Below are positions 1 to 9,574 of a stretch of DNA of 64,000 nucleotides, piece by piece. Numbering within the stretch: position 1 is the stretch's first letter; the number at the start of each line of letters is the position of its first letter. Made by a program: the position numbers and the translations under genes. The notes beneath the pieces are model-generated. The model worked only from the letters and a program-made list of their open reading frames with translations. It did not search any database and was not told the origin of the DNA. The DNA is from Candidatus Woesearchaeota archaeon (GTDB lineage Archaea > Nanobdellota > Nanobdellia > Woesearchaeales > 21-14-0-10-32-9): assembly GCA_021735165.1 (NCBI GenBank), contig JAIPHP010000003.1:1419-65418 (forward strand), read 5' to 3'.

Positions 1-554
1 ATAAAAGAGGGATTTTCTAAGGTTCCATTTAATTCTTGTCCATAATCTACAAGTCCATAAATAACAGTTCCGAACATAGCTGATGTTCCTATGGCTTTAC
101 CTATATTCCTTCCTTTTTCCTCATTGATAAATTTTGGGGGCCAAGATAATAATTTTTGTTCTAGGATTTCATTTGTTACGCTATTCATAATGTCTACGGC
201 ATTTCCATATATACATACAGGCAGCCCAGTCTCATTAGTACTTACTTCTTGACTATTATAATCCAGTTTTATGCTTGTGTGGTTTTTTTTGTTTGTATAC
301 ATCAAAAATAAACTCGGTGGAAGAATTAATTTTTTTTCTTCGAGTGTTTCTATTTCTTTTTCTGGTCTTGTGAATACGTTCCAAACTCCTTCCATATTTA
401 AAAAATCACCAAAATTGGGATTCCAATTTTTGTCATAGATAAAATTAAGTTTTTCTAGCAATATTCTTTCATTTTCTTCTCTTTTCTTTTTTGTAGGGAC
501 AAAATATTTGTATCTTCCTTGCCTTATTTTTTGTGGTATGTTTTTGAATTTCAT
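1..554 (-). CDS. hypothetical protein, runs off the window edge
   Basis: Manual translation from the ATG at 554 (MKFKNIPQKIRQGRYKYF...) stays open to position 1; AAGGAG RBS-like motif upstream; not in the ORF track. Confidence 0.7.
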   Translation of the reverse strand, partial: MKFKNIPQKIRQGRYKYFVPTKKKREENERILLEKLNFIYDKNWNPNFGDFLNMEGVWNVFTRPEKEIETLEEKKLILPPSLFLMYTNKKNHTSIKLDYNSQEVSTNETGLPVCIYGNAVDIMNSVTNEILEQKLLSWPPKFINEEKGRNIGKAIGTSAMFGTVIYGLVDYGQELNGTLENPSF

Positions 555-565
555 TTTTACTCCTT

Positions 566-1030
566 TTATTTCATCTTTTTGAACGTTGCTGTTCTTTTAA
601 TGTATTTGTAGAAGTTTTCTCTATTGTTTTTTCCAGCAGATTTGCTTGATTTGAACTGCTTGCATAATCTTTTCATCGACTCTCTGTTTTCTTTGCTGTT
701 TGTTTTTTCAAAGTGTTTTAGAACTTGAGCCATTTCATGATCTTGGTTGCATGCAACAAGATTTGCATCTCTTGACATACTTTTTTTATGAGTTTTTTTC
801 TTTGCAGCTTTCTTTTTTGTTGCTTTTTTTACAGTTTTTTTCGCAACTTTTTTCTTTGCTGTTTTTTTTACTTTCTTTTCTATCGATTCATTTTTTCTTT
901 TTATTTGAGTTAATGTCTTTTTTAGTTCAGAATTTGCTTTTTGCATTTTTGAAAGTTCTTCTTCCATTTTTTTAACATGAGCTCTTACGTTTTTGAATGA
1001 TTCTTTAACGTTTTTTTTGAATTGATCCAT
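566..1030 (-). CDS. Lys-rich basic protein with coiled-coil N-terminus and histone H1-like repeats
   Basis: KKVKKTAKKKVAKKTVKKATKKKAAKKK tract. Confidence 0.7.
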   Translation of the reverse strand: MDQFKKNVKESFKNVRAHVKKMEEELSKMQKANSELKKTLTQIKRKNESIEKKVKKTAKKKVAKKTVKKATKKKAAKKKTHKKSMSRDANLVACNQDHEMAQVLKHFEKTNSKENRESMKRLCKQFKSSKSAGKNNRENFYKYIKRTATFKKMK

Positions 1031-1174
1031 ATTATCGCCTCTTTATGTGATAATATTCTATAATATATAAAGTTTTTGAATATTTACCATTAAAAAGTAG
1101 TCAAAATAATTATTTGCTATATGGAAAATATATTCGATAAATTTATTAACTAAAAAATAAAACACAAAATAATC

Positions 1175-1726
1175 ATGAAGCTACCTAAACAAGCAAAAAA
1201 AGTATTCTCGGGAATAATGTATACAGTTTATCAATGGGAACAAAAACTTTACGATGGAAAAACAGCAACCTACGAAGCAATAAAAAGAAAGTCATCCGTA
1301 CAAATAATACCTGTATATGAAAACAAAATAATTCTGTCTGATGAAGAGCAACCACATAGGGGGAAATTCACAGGAATGATAGGCGGACAAATTGATGCAA
1401 AGGAAACTCCCAAACAAGCAGCAAAAAGAGAACTGTTAGAAGAAACAGGAATGAAACCAACAAAATTAATATTTTGGAAAAAAACAAACTTTGGGAAACA
1501 ACTAAACTGGGAAACACACTACTATGTAGCAAAAAATTGCAATAAAATACAAGAACCAAAACCAGGAAATGGAGAAAAAATAAAATTAAAATTCCTAACA
1601 TTTAATGAATTATTCAAAGAAACAGAAAAACCAGGATTTAGAAACAAATCATTTAAAGAAATGTTATTTAGAATAAATCATACAAAAGGAGAAAAAGAAA
1701 AACTAAGAAAATTTCTTTTTGACTAA
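1175..1726 (+). CDS. NUDIX hydrolase
   Basis: Nudix box GGQIDAKETPKQAAKRELLEETG. Confidence 0.92.
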   Translation: MKLPKQAKKVFSGIMYTVYQWEQKLYDGKTATYEAIKRKSSVQIIPVYENKIILSDEEQPHRGKFTGMIGGQIDAKETPKQAAKRELLEETGMKPTKLIFWKKTNFGKQLNWETHYYVAKNCNKIQEPKPGNGEKIKLKFLTFNELFKETEKPGFRNKSFKEMLFRINHTKGEKEKLRKFLFD

Positions 1727-1783
1727 TCTCTTCCCAAAGTATTTTATCACAAATTTTAAAAACTAACGCACTAACAAGTAAAT

Positions 1784-3076
1784 ATGGAACTAGAATTTCA
1801 CGGAGCAGCACAAGAAGTAGGAAGATCATGCATCGAACTAAGACTAAAAGATGGTGATAGATTTCTATTTGACGTAGGCGTAAAATTTTCTGAAGGAGGA
1901 CTGCTATTTCCAGAAAAAGTTTTAGAAATAAAAGAATTAGACGGAGTTTTCCTAAGTCACGCACACTTAGACCACTCAGGGGGATTGCCTTTATTTGAAA
2001 ATAAAGATCTAAAAGGGCCAATATTTTCCACAAAACAAACGCTTGCAATATCTAGAATATTGCTAAAAGACTCGTATAAAATAGCAAGAATAAGAAATCT
2101 TCATCCAGCATACGACAGAGATGACATAAAAGAAGTATACAGAGATTCTTTATTCGTAAATTATGACACCTGGTATAAACACAGAAATATAAAATTCAAA
2201 TTCCTAAATGCAGGACACATACCAGGATCTGCAATGATTCTAGTTGAAGCAGAAGGAAAAAGAATATTATATACAGGAGACATAAATACGACGGACTCAT
2301 ATCTTATGTGGAAAGCACACATATCAAAAGAACTAATAGACGAAGAAGTAGACGTTCTAATAACAGAATCAACGTATGGCCATAGAGAACTCCCTAATAG
2401 AGAAGAACTAAGAACAAAATTCATACAAAGCATAAAACAAACAATAAACAATGGCGGCTCTGTACTAATACCAACATTCGCCTTAGGAAGAGCACAAGAA
2501 ATACTTTTAATGCTAGCAGACGAAGAATTCAAAGTACCAATATATACAGAAGGAATGTGCAACAAAATAACAAGAAAAATACTCCAAACACCAAGCAAAT
2601 ATGTAAGAAACAAAAAAAAATTATCAGAAATGTTCTATGAAAAAGTGCACTGGATAAGCAGCCCAAGAAAAAGAAAATCAGTTCTAAAAAAACAAGGAAT
2701 TTTCATAACAACAAGCGGGATGGTACAAGGAGGGCCTGTACTGAGTTACATAAAAGAATTATGGCACGACCCAAAAAATAAAATTTGCTTAATGGGATTT
2801 CAATGCAAAAACACAAATGGCCGCCACCTATATGAAGATCACTATATATACTTAGACGGATGGAAAACAAAAATAAAATGCCAAATAGAAAAATATGATT
2901 TTTCAGGACACGCAGACTCGCAAGGCATAATGCAACTAATAAAAGAACTAAATCCAAAAAAAATATTCTTTCAACACGGAGATAAAGAAGCAATAAGTAC
3001 ATTAGCAGAATGGGCCAAAAAAAACACGAAAGCAAAAATATATTCTCCACAAGTTGGTTCAACACAAAAAATATAA
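1784..3076 (+). CDS. MBL-fold beta-CASP ribonuclease (archaeal CPSF-like)
   Basis: GAAQEVGRS, SHAHLDHSG, AGHIPGS, YTGD, ESTYG, FALGRAQE, SGHAD motifs. Confidence 0.92.
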   Translation: MELEFHGAAQEVGRSCIELRLKDGDRFLFDVGVKFSEGGLLFPEKVLEIKELDGVFLSHAHLDHSGGLPLFENKDLKGPIFSTKQTLAISRILLKDSYKIARIRNLHPAYDRDDIKEVYRDSLFVNYDTWYKHRNIKFKFLNAGHIPGSAMILVEAEGKRILYTGDINTTDSYLMWKAHISKELIDEEVDVLITESTYGHRELPNREELRTKFIQSIKQTINNGGSVLIPTFALGRAQEILLMLADEEFKVPIYTEGMCNKITRKILQTPSKYVRNKKKLSEMFYEKVHWISSPRKRKSVLKKQGIFITTSGMVQGGPVLSYIKELWHDPKNKICLMGFQCKNTNGRHLYEDHYIYLDGWKTKIKCQIEKYDFSGHADSQGIMQLIKELNPKKIFFQHGDKEAISTLAEWAKKNTKAKIYSPQVGSTQKI

Positions 3077-3156
3077 TTAATCATTACAAAATGAAAACAA
3101 AACTTTTAATACTTGCCTAAGAAATTATTTATAAATACAAAAAAGGGGTTTAAAAC

Positions 3157-3936
3157 ATGGGATTTTTTGGCTTTGGAAAGAAAAAAGAAGAAAACAAAAC
3201 AACTTCTGAAAATACGCAACAACCAAAACTATCACCACTAAATACGCCTCTAAACCCACAAAAAACAACGACTGTAAATGACGAAAACGCATCATTTCAA
3301 GTACCTGACTTCTCTGAAGATGACCTTGACTTTGACTTGGATGTAAATGAATTTTTACCAGAAATGGACAAAGAGACACAAATAGACTCAAACCAAATAA
3401 AAGAACAACAAGATCTAAATAAAATACTAAATCAACCAACAGAAGAAACAAAACCAGAATCATCAAAAATAATAGAAAAAAAAGAAATACAAAAAGAAAC
3501 ACCAACACAAAAAACAAACAAACAAGAACAAGATGAGTTCAACCAAACAAATCCAGAAGATCAACAACTAAATACTTCAGAATACAAAAACCAGAAACAA
3601 AATAAAAATAAATTTGACAATCTAAACACATCACCAAACCTAAACACATCAAATGCTCCAAATACAACACAAAACAAGGAACTACCAAAATTCAAAACAC
3701 CCAAACCAGACAAAAACAAAGAATACATAGAAAAAGAAAACTACAAAAACTTTCTAAAATCAGAAGAAGAAATAAAAGAAGAATCAAATGCGCATAAAGA
3801 AATACTTTCAAAAATAAACAAACACCAAGAACAACAAGACCAACTATACAAAGAAACAGAAAAAATAATAGAAACCATAAAATCAAAACTAATGGACTTA
3901 GACGAAAGAATATTTGAAATAAACCAACAGGTGTAA
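3157..3936 (+). CDS. hypothetical protein, low-complexity with C-terminal coiled coil
   Basis: 259-aa ORF with host-like A-rich codons; first of three tightly packed genes. Confidence 0.7.
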   Translation: MGFFGFGKKKEENKTTSENTQQPKLSPLNTPLNPQKTTTVNDENASFQVPDFSEDDLDFDLDVNEFLPEMDKETQIDSNQIKEQQDLNKILNQPTEETKPESSKIIEKKEIQKETPTQKTNKQEQDEFNQTNPEDQQLNTSEYKNQKQNKNKFDNLNTSPNLNTSNAPNTTQNKELPKFKTPKPDKNKEYIEKENYKNFLKSEEEIKEESNAHKEILSKINKHQEQQDQLYKETEKIIETIKSKLMDLDERIFEINQQV

Positions 3937-3938
3937 AT

Positions 3939-4151
3939 ATGGACAACAAACCAATCTACATAAAAATAGAAGAATACGAAAAAGTAGAAATAATAGTTAA
4001 CGAAATAAAAAAACTCATATTCCAAGCAAAAGAAAAAATAGAAACCCTAAAACAAATAAGAAAAGAAGAAGAACAAAGCGTAACTGAATGGCAAGACAAA
4101 ATAGATATGATGGAACAACAAGTATCAGAAATGCAAAAATACCTGAACTAA
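3939..4151 (+). CDS. small coiled-coil hypothetical protein
   Basis: 70 aa; 2 bp after the previous stop; AGGTG RBS-like motif. Confidence 0.7.
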   Translation: MDNKPIYIKIEEYEKVEIIVNEIKKLIFQAKEKIETLKQIRKEEEQSVTEWQDKIDMMEQQVSEMQKYLN

Positions 4152-4152
4152 A

Positions 4153-4497
4153 ATGTACTTCTCAAAAATAAAAAACCCAAAAGCAATAAGAAAACAAATA
4201 CTCTTAACAGCAAGAGAATCAATACTAGCTCTATCAAATCAAAAGAAAACCGAAAACATAAAATTAAAAAAACAAGAAACAATAACAGAAATAACAGAAA
4301 AAATGAATCAGATACAAAAACAAATAGACAAATTAAACAAAATCTTGCCTAATCAAGAACTAAAAAAAGAAACTGAAACACTAAAAAGAATAAAAAAAAT
4401 CCCGCAAACAACACAACAAACACCAAGAATGACCGACCTTGACAGATTAGACTACACACTAAAAAAAATAGAAGAAAAACTAGCCAAAATAGAATAA
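4153..4497 (+). CDS. coiled-coil hypothetical protein
   Basis: 114 aa; 1 bp after the previous stop. Confidence 0.7.
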   Translation: MYFSKIKNPKAIRKQILLTARESILALSNQKKTENIKLKKQETITEITEKMNQIQKQIDKLNKILPNQELKKETETLKRIKKIPQTTQQTPRMTDLDRLDYTLKKIEEKLAKIE

Positions 4498-4548
4498 TAC
4501 TTTCTAAAAAAAGATAAATTAATAAACATCTAAGCAAATTTTATGTAA

Positions 4549-5097
4549 ATGGATAATAATATAAGAAAATCAATAGAAAATTTATCAACTAATCTGATCG
4601 ACATTCATTTTATAATAGTTGGAAATGGAAACAACATAAAAGCACAATATCCTTCTTTGAAATCATCAATACTAAAATTATCTGATTTAGCAGAAAGCAC
4701 ATCAAATATTAATGAAGAATTAGACGCTTTAATAGAAAAACACGAAAAAATATTCTTAATATTAATAGACAAAGAAAACTCTTTGAAAAAACTTTTGGAC
4801 ATTTTAGAAAATATATCTTCTGACAACTCAGCTAAAGACTTAATAGATGCTAAAACCCAGCTAAAACTTGTACGGGAAGAAATAAGCTTATTTTCTAAAG
4901 AATACAATAGAATAACAAAAATCTTAAAAGAAAGCTATGAAAGTATAAAAAATAAACAAGGAATAAATCCCTCAAATCACAAAAAAACAGTGGAAATACT
5001 AGAACAAGATTATAACAAATCAGCAAAAAAATTAACTCTATCTGCAGCCAACGCACACGAATATATTTCAAGATTTCTAAGAAATGCTAAAAATTAA
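4549..5097 (+). CDS. hypothetical helical protein
   Basis: 182-aa ORF; no recognised motif. Confidence 0.6.
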   Translation: MDNNIRKSIENLSTNLIDIHFIIVGNGNNIKAQYPSLKSSILKLSDLAESTSNINEELDALIEKHEKIFLILIDKENSLKKLLDILENISSDNSAKDLIDAKTQLKLVREEISLFSKEYNRITKILKESYESIKNKQGINPSNHKKTVEILEQDYNKSAKKLTLSAANAHEYISRFLRNAKN

Positions 5098-5132
5098 TTC
5101 TGAAATAAAAATATATAAAGGGGAACACAATA

Positions 5133-6014
5133 ATGGTAATTATGTTTGAAAATATAACTTTTTTCGGAGTGAGCATGGGACGAATAATCCTAATACTTCT
5201 AACGGCACTAATAACTTTCATTCTTGAAAAAATCATCAGAGCAGCAATAAACAAAAGCTTAAAACAAAACCACGAAATAAAAAAAGACGACAAAACAGGA
5301 CTTGCAGTATCAAAATACTTAATCTCCGTAATAATATATATGATAGGCCTAACAATAATAATAACCCTGATTCCGGGACTGCAAACATTAGCAGTAAGCA
5401 TGCTAGCAGGCGCAGGAATACTGGCAGTAGTTATTGGTTTTGCAAGCCAAGCCGCATTCTCAAATATAATAAGCGGAATTTTCATAGCAATATTCAAACC
5501 ATTCAGAGTAGGAGACATAGTGAAATTTCAAACATTCACAGGTACAGTAGAAGACATAACATTAAGACACACAATAGTTAGAAACTTTGAAAATAAAAGA
5601 TATGTTGTCCCAAACTCAGTAATAAGCAATGAAATAATAGAAAACTTCAACATAGAAGATGAAAAAGTCTGCTCTCACATAGAAATAGGAATAAGTTACA
5701 GTTCGAACATCGACAAAGCGATGCAAATAATGAGAAAAGAGATAAACAAACACCCAAAACTCATAGACAATAGATCAGAACAAGATAAAAAGGATCAAAA
5801 AGACAAAATACCAATAAGAGTGATGCAACTTGGAGATTCTTCAGTATTATTAAGAGCGTGGGCATGGTCAGCAAATCCTGGAGACGCATTCGAGCTAAAA
5901 ACAGATATGTACAAAAAAATAAAACAGGAGTTTGATAAAGCAGAAATAGAAATACCTTTCCCCCACAGAACAGTTTATTTAAGACAAGATAAGCAAAAAA
6001 GAAAAAGAAAATAA
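5133..6014 (+). CDS. mscS: small-conductance mechanosensitive channel
   Basis: Three TM helices, GFASQAAFSNIISG, KPFRVGDIV, GTVEDITLRHT, VPNS, IEIPFP. Confidence 0.92.
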   Translation: MVIMFENITFFGVSMGRIILILLTALITFILEKIIRAAINKSLKQNHEIKKDDKTGLAVSKYLISVIIYMIGLTIIITLIPGLQTLAVSMLAGAGILAVVIGFASQAAFSNIISGIFIAIFKPFRVGDIVKFQTFTGTVEDITLRHTIVRNFENKRYVVPNSVISNEIIENFNIEDEKVCSHIEIGISYSSNIDKAMQIMRKEINKHPKLIDNRSEQDKKDQKDKIPIRVMQLGDSSVLLRAWAWSANPGDAFELKTDMYKKIKQEFDKAEIEIPFPHRTVYLRQDKQKRKRK

Positions 6015-6042
6015 AAAAATAGATTCCAAAAATATATAAAAA

Positions 6043-6681
6043 ATGAAAGATGTGAAAAATGCGTTTATATTCTTAATTCTTTTAATAACAATCACAATAA
6101 TATTAACTTCTTGCTCTCAAAATGTAACTTATGATTTTCCTTCTGCCCCAGAAAATTGCACTAAAACCGTACTGGAAAGAAAATCTGATTTATTATCAGA
6201 AGGAGAAACTATGGAATCAAATAAACAATTCGCATTAAGAATGTATGATTGTCTTCAAGAAGAAAATCAAAAAGGATTTATAAGAATAACTTATTTTGTG
6301 TCACAATCCTTTGCTGATCAATTAACTCAAAACATGTTTCCTCCAAAAGAATTTCTTGAAAAAAATGCTTTTAGTTCTGACGAGTTCAAATATGCAAAAA
6401 AAGAATTTTTAGATTATAAAGACGTAAACTGTGATGATGGAGGAACTTTAAAGTACTATAAAATTAAAATGATTTTTGAAAAAATAAACCCGTCTCTTGA
6501 CACAAATTACCCGAAATACAGCATAAATATTTCAAAAGTAAAAGCTGGAGATTACGTAATTTATGAACAACTCAAATACAAAAAAGACAAATTATACGTT
6601 GAAATAGACAAACAAACGAAAAATAAAGATTCAGGAACAATACTTAACACGCTAAACGAACTAGGATATTTCTGTCAATAA
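6043..6681 (+). CDS. putative lipoprotein
   Basis: Hydrophobic signal ending in lipobox-like LTSC. Confidence 0.6.
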   Translation: MKDVKNAFIFLILLITITIILTSCSQNVTYDFPSAPENCTKTVLERKSDLLSEGETMESNKQFALRMYDCLQEENQKGFIRITYFVSQSFADQLTQNMFPPKEFLEKNAFSSDEFKYAKKEFLDYKDVNCDDGGTLKYYKIKMIFEKINPSLDTNYPKYSINISKVKAGDYVIYEQLKYKKDKLYVEIDKQTKNKDSGTILNTLNELGYFCQ

Positions 6682-6732
6682 GCAAATAAATTTAAAAAAC
6701 CAAACAAATTCTTATTCACATTGCTCATAAAT

Positions 6733-6963
6733 GAGGGGGTAGCGAAGTCTGGTCAAACGTGACAGACTCAAGCAATGATTGCGCTCATTGAACGCATTGT
6801 CAAGCGCGGTACAAGACCGCACGAACAGTTTGTTTGAGTGATGAGCCAAGAGGCGATGAATAAACAAAAGCTATTCCGCTAAGAAAACTTTGCTAAAAGC
6901 AAGGAAACATTTGAGGAATCTGTTCCCTTAGTGGGTTCGGGGGTTCGAATCCCTCCCCCCTCA
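6733..6963 (+). tRNA. tRNA-Leu(CAA) with a 145-nt intron at position 37/38 (intron 6773-6917)
   Basis: Acceptor GAGGGGG/CCCCCTC+A; anticodon stem ACAGA/TCTGT; loop CT-CAA-G|A; long variable arm; T-arm GGGGG-TTCGAAT-CCCTC; canonical BHB (CTCA/TGAG helix, bulges AG|C and GA|A, outer AATG/CATT); CCA not encoded. Confidence 0.93.
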
Positions 6964-6984
6964 TGAGTAAATTGAATGAGGGTG

Positions 6985-7204
6985 AGGCACAGAACGAAAG
7001 TGATGATGTCTCCCTCTCCATCTTCTCAAAATTAGAAATTTTTGGATGCGTAAAAAGGGTTTTTTAGTACACGGAAATTATTGATTTCCTTTGTGCAGAA
7101 TGCTTATTTTCCTTGTATGGACCAAAAAAGCAGGCATAAAGTCTACTGAATTTTAAGTCTGGTAACGTGAAGAGAGGGGGAAGGCACAGAACAAAAGTGA
7201 TGAT
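6985..7204 (+). repeat. 23-bp direct repeat (6985-7007, 7182-7204) downstream of the tRNA
   Basis: AGGCACAGAAC(G/A)AAAGTGATGAT, 22/23 identical. Confidence 0.75.
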
Positions 7205-7264
7205 TTATTCTTTAATCACCACAAAATAGTAATATTTATATATTTCATTCGGCTCTCTGTTTAC

Positions 7265-7720
7265 ATGATTGATGAATTGAATGCTCTAAGAATAATTAGA
7301 GACTTGTATGATATGATCCCCTTCAAAGATTCTGTCTATGAAATTGATAGTGCAGGGGATATTGTTAGCGGCTCAGATTTTTCATTTGAATTGACGTATA
7401 AAATAAACAATATTGACAAAATAGCTCTTCAGGATGTAATAAAAAACAATAAAGAAGTTTATTTAACTAAGGTGGATCATTGTCCTGAAGACAATGTTTC
7501 CTACGAAGGAACTTTAGGTAACATTAAGTGGGGCATAAGTCTTGAACTTTTTAATGTAGACGACAGAAAAGATAAACAAGGATCTAAGCTCGAAGTTGCT
7601 GTAGGAACTGAGTTTCCAGAAGATCAAAAAAACATGGATGATTATAAAGTTGATTTTACACCTGTTTTTAATATAGTTTCTCAATACGTAGAAAGAGTAT
7701 TGAACACAAAGAAGGAGTAA
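7265..7720 (+). CDS. hypothetical acidic protein
   Basis: 151-aa ORF with a TATA-like TTTATATA about 25 bp upstream. Confidence 0.65.
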   Translation: MIDELNALRIIRDLYDMIPFKDSVYEIDSAGDIVSGSDFSFELTYKINNIDKIALQDVIKNNKEVYLTKVDHCPEDNVSYEGTLGNIKWGISLELFNVDDRKDKQGSKLEVAVGTEFPEDQKNMDDYKVDFTPVFNIVSQYVERVLNTKKE

Positions 7721-7801
7721 TTCTATTTGCTCATTTCTGTTTTTTCTTATATTCGAGTTATTAAAAAACTTTAAAAAGCATCAATTTCACTTTTTAATAA
7801 T

Positions 7802-9508
7802 ATGGATCCATTCTTAGAACTAGGAACAATAATACTACTAACACTAATAATCTCATTTATAATAAGAGCACTAAAACAACCAAGTATAATAGGCTACATA
7901 ATCGCAGGAATAATTGCAGGACCATACTTCTTGAACTTAATAGAAAATACAGAAACAATACATTTACTCTCACAAATAGGAATTGCTCTTCTACTATTCA
8001 TAGTAGGTATAAGTCTAAACCCAAAACACATAAAAGATACAGGAAAAATATCTATAATAACAGGTTTAGGACAAGTTCTATTTACAAGTATCGCAGGACT
8101 TATTATTTGCCTAACAATAGGCTTTAATCTAACAGAAAGCATATACATAGCTATCGCAATAACTTTTAGTAGCACCATAATAATAATGAAACTACTATCT
8201 GACAAAGGGGCATTAGAAACACTTTACGGAAGAATATCTATGGGCTTTTTAATAGTTCAAGACATAATTGCTGCACTAATACTCATGATTGTTCCAGCAC
8301 TTGCCAGCCAATCAGGCAACATATTGATGAATGTAACAGAAACAATACTAAAAGGAGTCGGAATAATTGCGATAATACTATTGTTTGGATTCACATTTTT
8401 ACAAAAAATAGTAGAAAAAACCGCCAAAAACCAAGAACTTCTATTATTACTATCAATCTCTTGGGTATTAATAGTTGCAAGCATATTTCACTTAGTAGAA
8501 TTTTCAATAGAAATAGGAGCACTAGTAGCAGGAATGACTCTTAGTATATCCAAATACAGACACGAGATTTCTTCAAAACTAAGGAGTATGAGAGATTTTT
8601 TCCTAATACTATTTTTCATATTGTTAGGATCACAACTAATAATACAAGACGTAATAGGACACTTACCAACAATCCTAATACTTTCAGCATTCATCTTAAT
8701 AGGAAACCCAATAATTGTTATGATACTAATGGGGATATCAGGATACACTAAGAAAAACGGTTTTATGGCAGGACTTACAGTTGCACAAATAAGTGAATTC
8801 TCCTTAATTTTAGTCGCATTAGGACTAAATCTAGGCCAACTAACAGAAACAATAGTATCTATAGTGACAATGGTTGGCTTAATAACAATAGCAGGCTCAA
8901 CATATATGATAATGTACTCAGAAAAAATATATGGAAAAATCAAAAATTTACTAAATATCTTTGAAATAAAAGGAAAAAAGAAAGATCAATACGATACACA
9001 TATCGGAAAAGAATACGCGGTATTCATGATAGGTTGTAACAGAACAGGATTTGAAATACTGCACATGCTAAAAAAACAAAAACAAAAAACCTTAGTTATG
9101 GATTACAATCCAGAAACAATAAAAAAACTAACAACCGAAGGCACAGATGTTGTGTATGGGGATGCTTCAGACATAGAAACCATAAATGAAATAGACCTTA
9201 AAAACACGAAACTTCTAATATCAACGATAACAGACTTTGACTCAAATGCCATGCTAATAAATTTAGTAAAAGAAAAAAACAAAAACATAATGATATTTAT
9301 GATGGCAAATGAAGCCGAAGAAGCCTTAGAACTATATGAAAAAGGAGCAACTTACGTGATAGTGCCTCATATGGTTGGTGGATTTCATGCCTCTGCAATT
9401 CTAGAAAAACACGGGTTTGACATAAAAAAAATTTTGAAAGAAAAACTAAAACACAAAAACAGACTAGAAAAAATAAGAAAAGAAAATCAAAGTGATAAAA
9501 CCATTTAA
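7802..9508 (+). CDS. CPA2 cation:proton antiporter with RCK/TrkA-N domain (Kef-type)
   Basis: About 12 TM helices, LLFIVG, VQDI, AQISEFS, C-terminal IGCNRTG and YGDASD. Confidence 0.9.
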   Translation: MDPFLELGTIILLTLIISFIIRALKQPSIIGYIIAGIIAGPYFLNLIENTETIHLLSQIGIALLLFIVGISLNPKHIKDTGKISIITGLGQVLFTSIAGLIICLTIGFNLTESIYIAIAITFSSTIIIMKLLSDKGALETLYGRISMGFLIVQDIIAALILMIVPALASQSGNILMNVTETILKGVGIIAIILLFGFTFLQKIVEKTAKNQELLLLLSISWVLIVASIFHLVEFSIEIGALVAGMTLSISKYRHEISSKLRSMRDFFLILFFILLGSQLIIQDVIGHLPTILILSAFILIGNPIIVMILMGISGYTKKNGFMAGLTVAQISEFSLILVALGLNLGQLTETIVSIVTMVGLITIAGSTYMIMYSEKIYGKIKNLLNIFEIKGKKKDQYDTHIGKEYAVFMIGCNRTGFEILHMLKKQKQKTLVMDYNPETIKKLTTEGTDVVYGDASDIETINEIDLKNTKLLISTITDFDSNAMLINLVKEKNKNIMIFMMANEAEEALELYEKGATYVIVPHMVGGFHASAILEKHGFDIKKILKEKLKHKNRLEKIRKENQSDKTI

Positions 9509-9574
9509 CTTCTTAAAAAATAAAAACACTACACAAAAGATTAACTATATAAAATAAAAGGAAGTACAAATAAC

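Noticed and set aside
6773-6917. Group I intron in tRNA-Leu
   Set aside because: Too short, and a canonical BHB at 37/38 explains splicing by the archaeal endonuclease.
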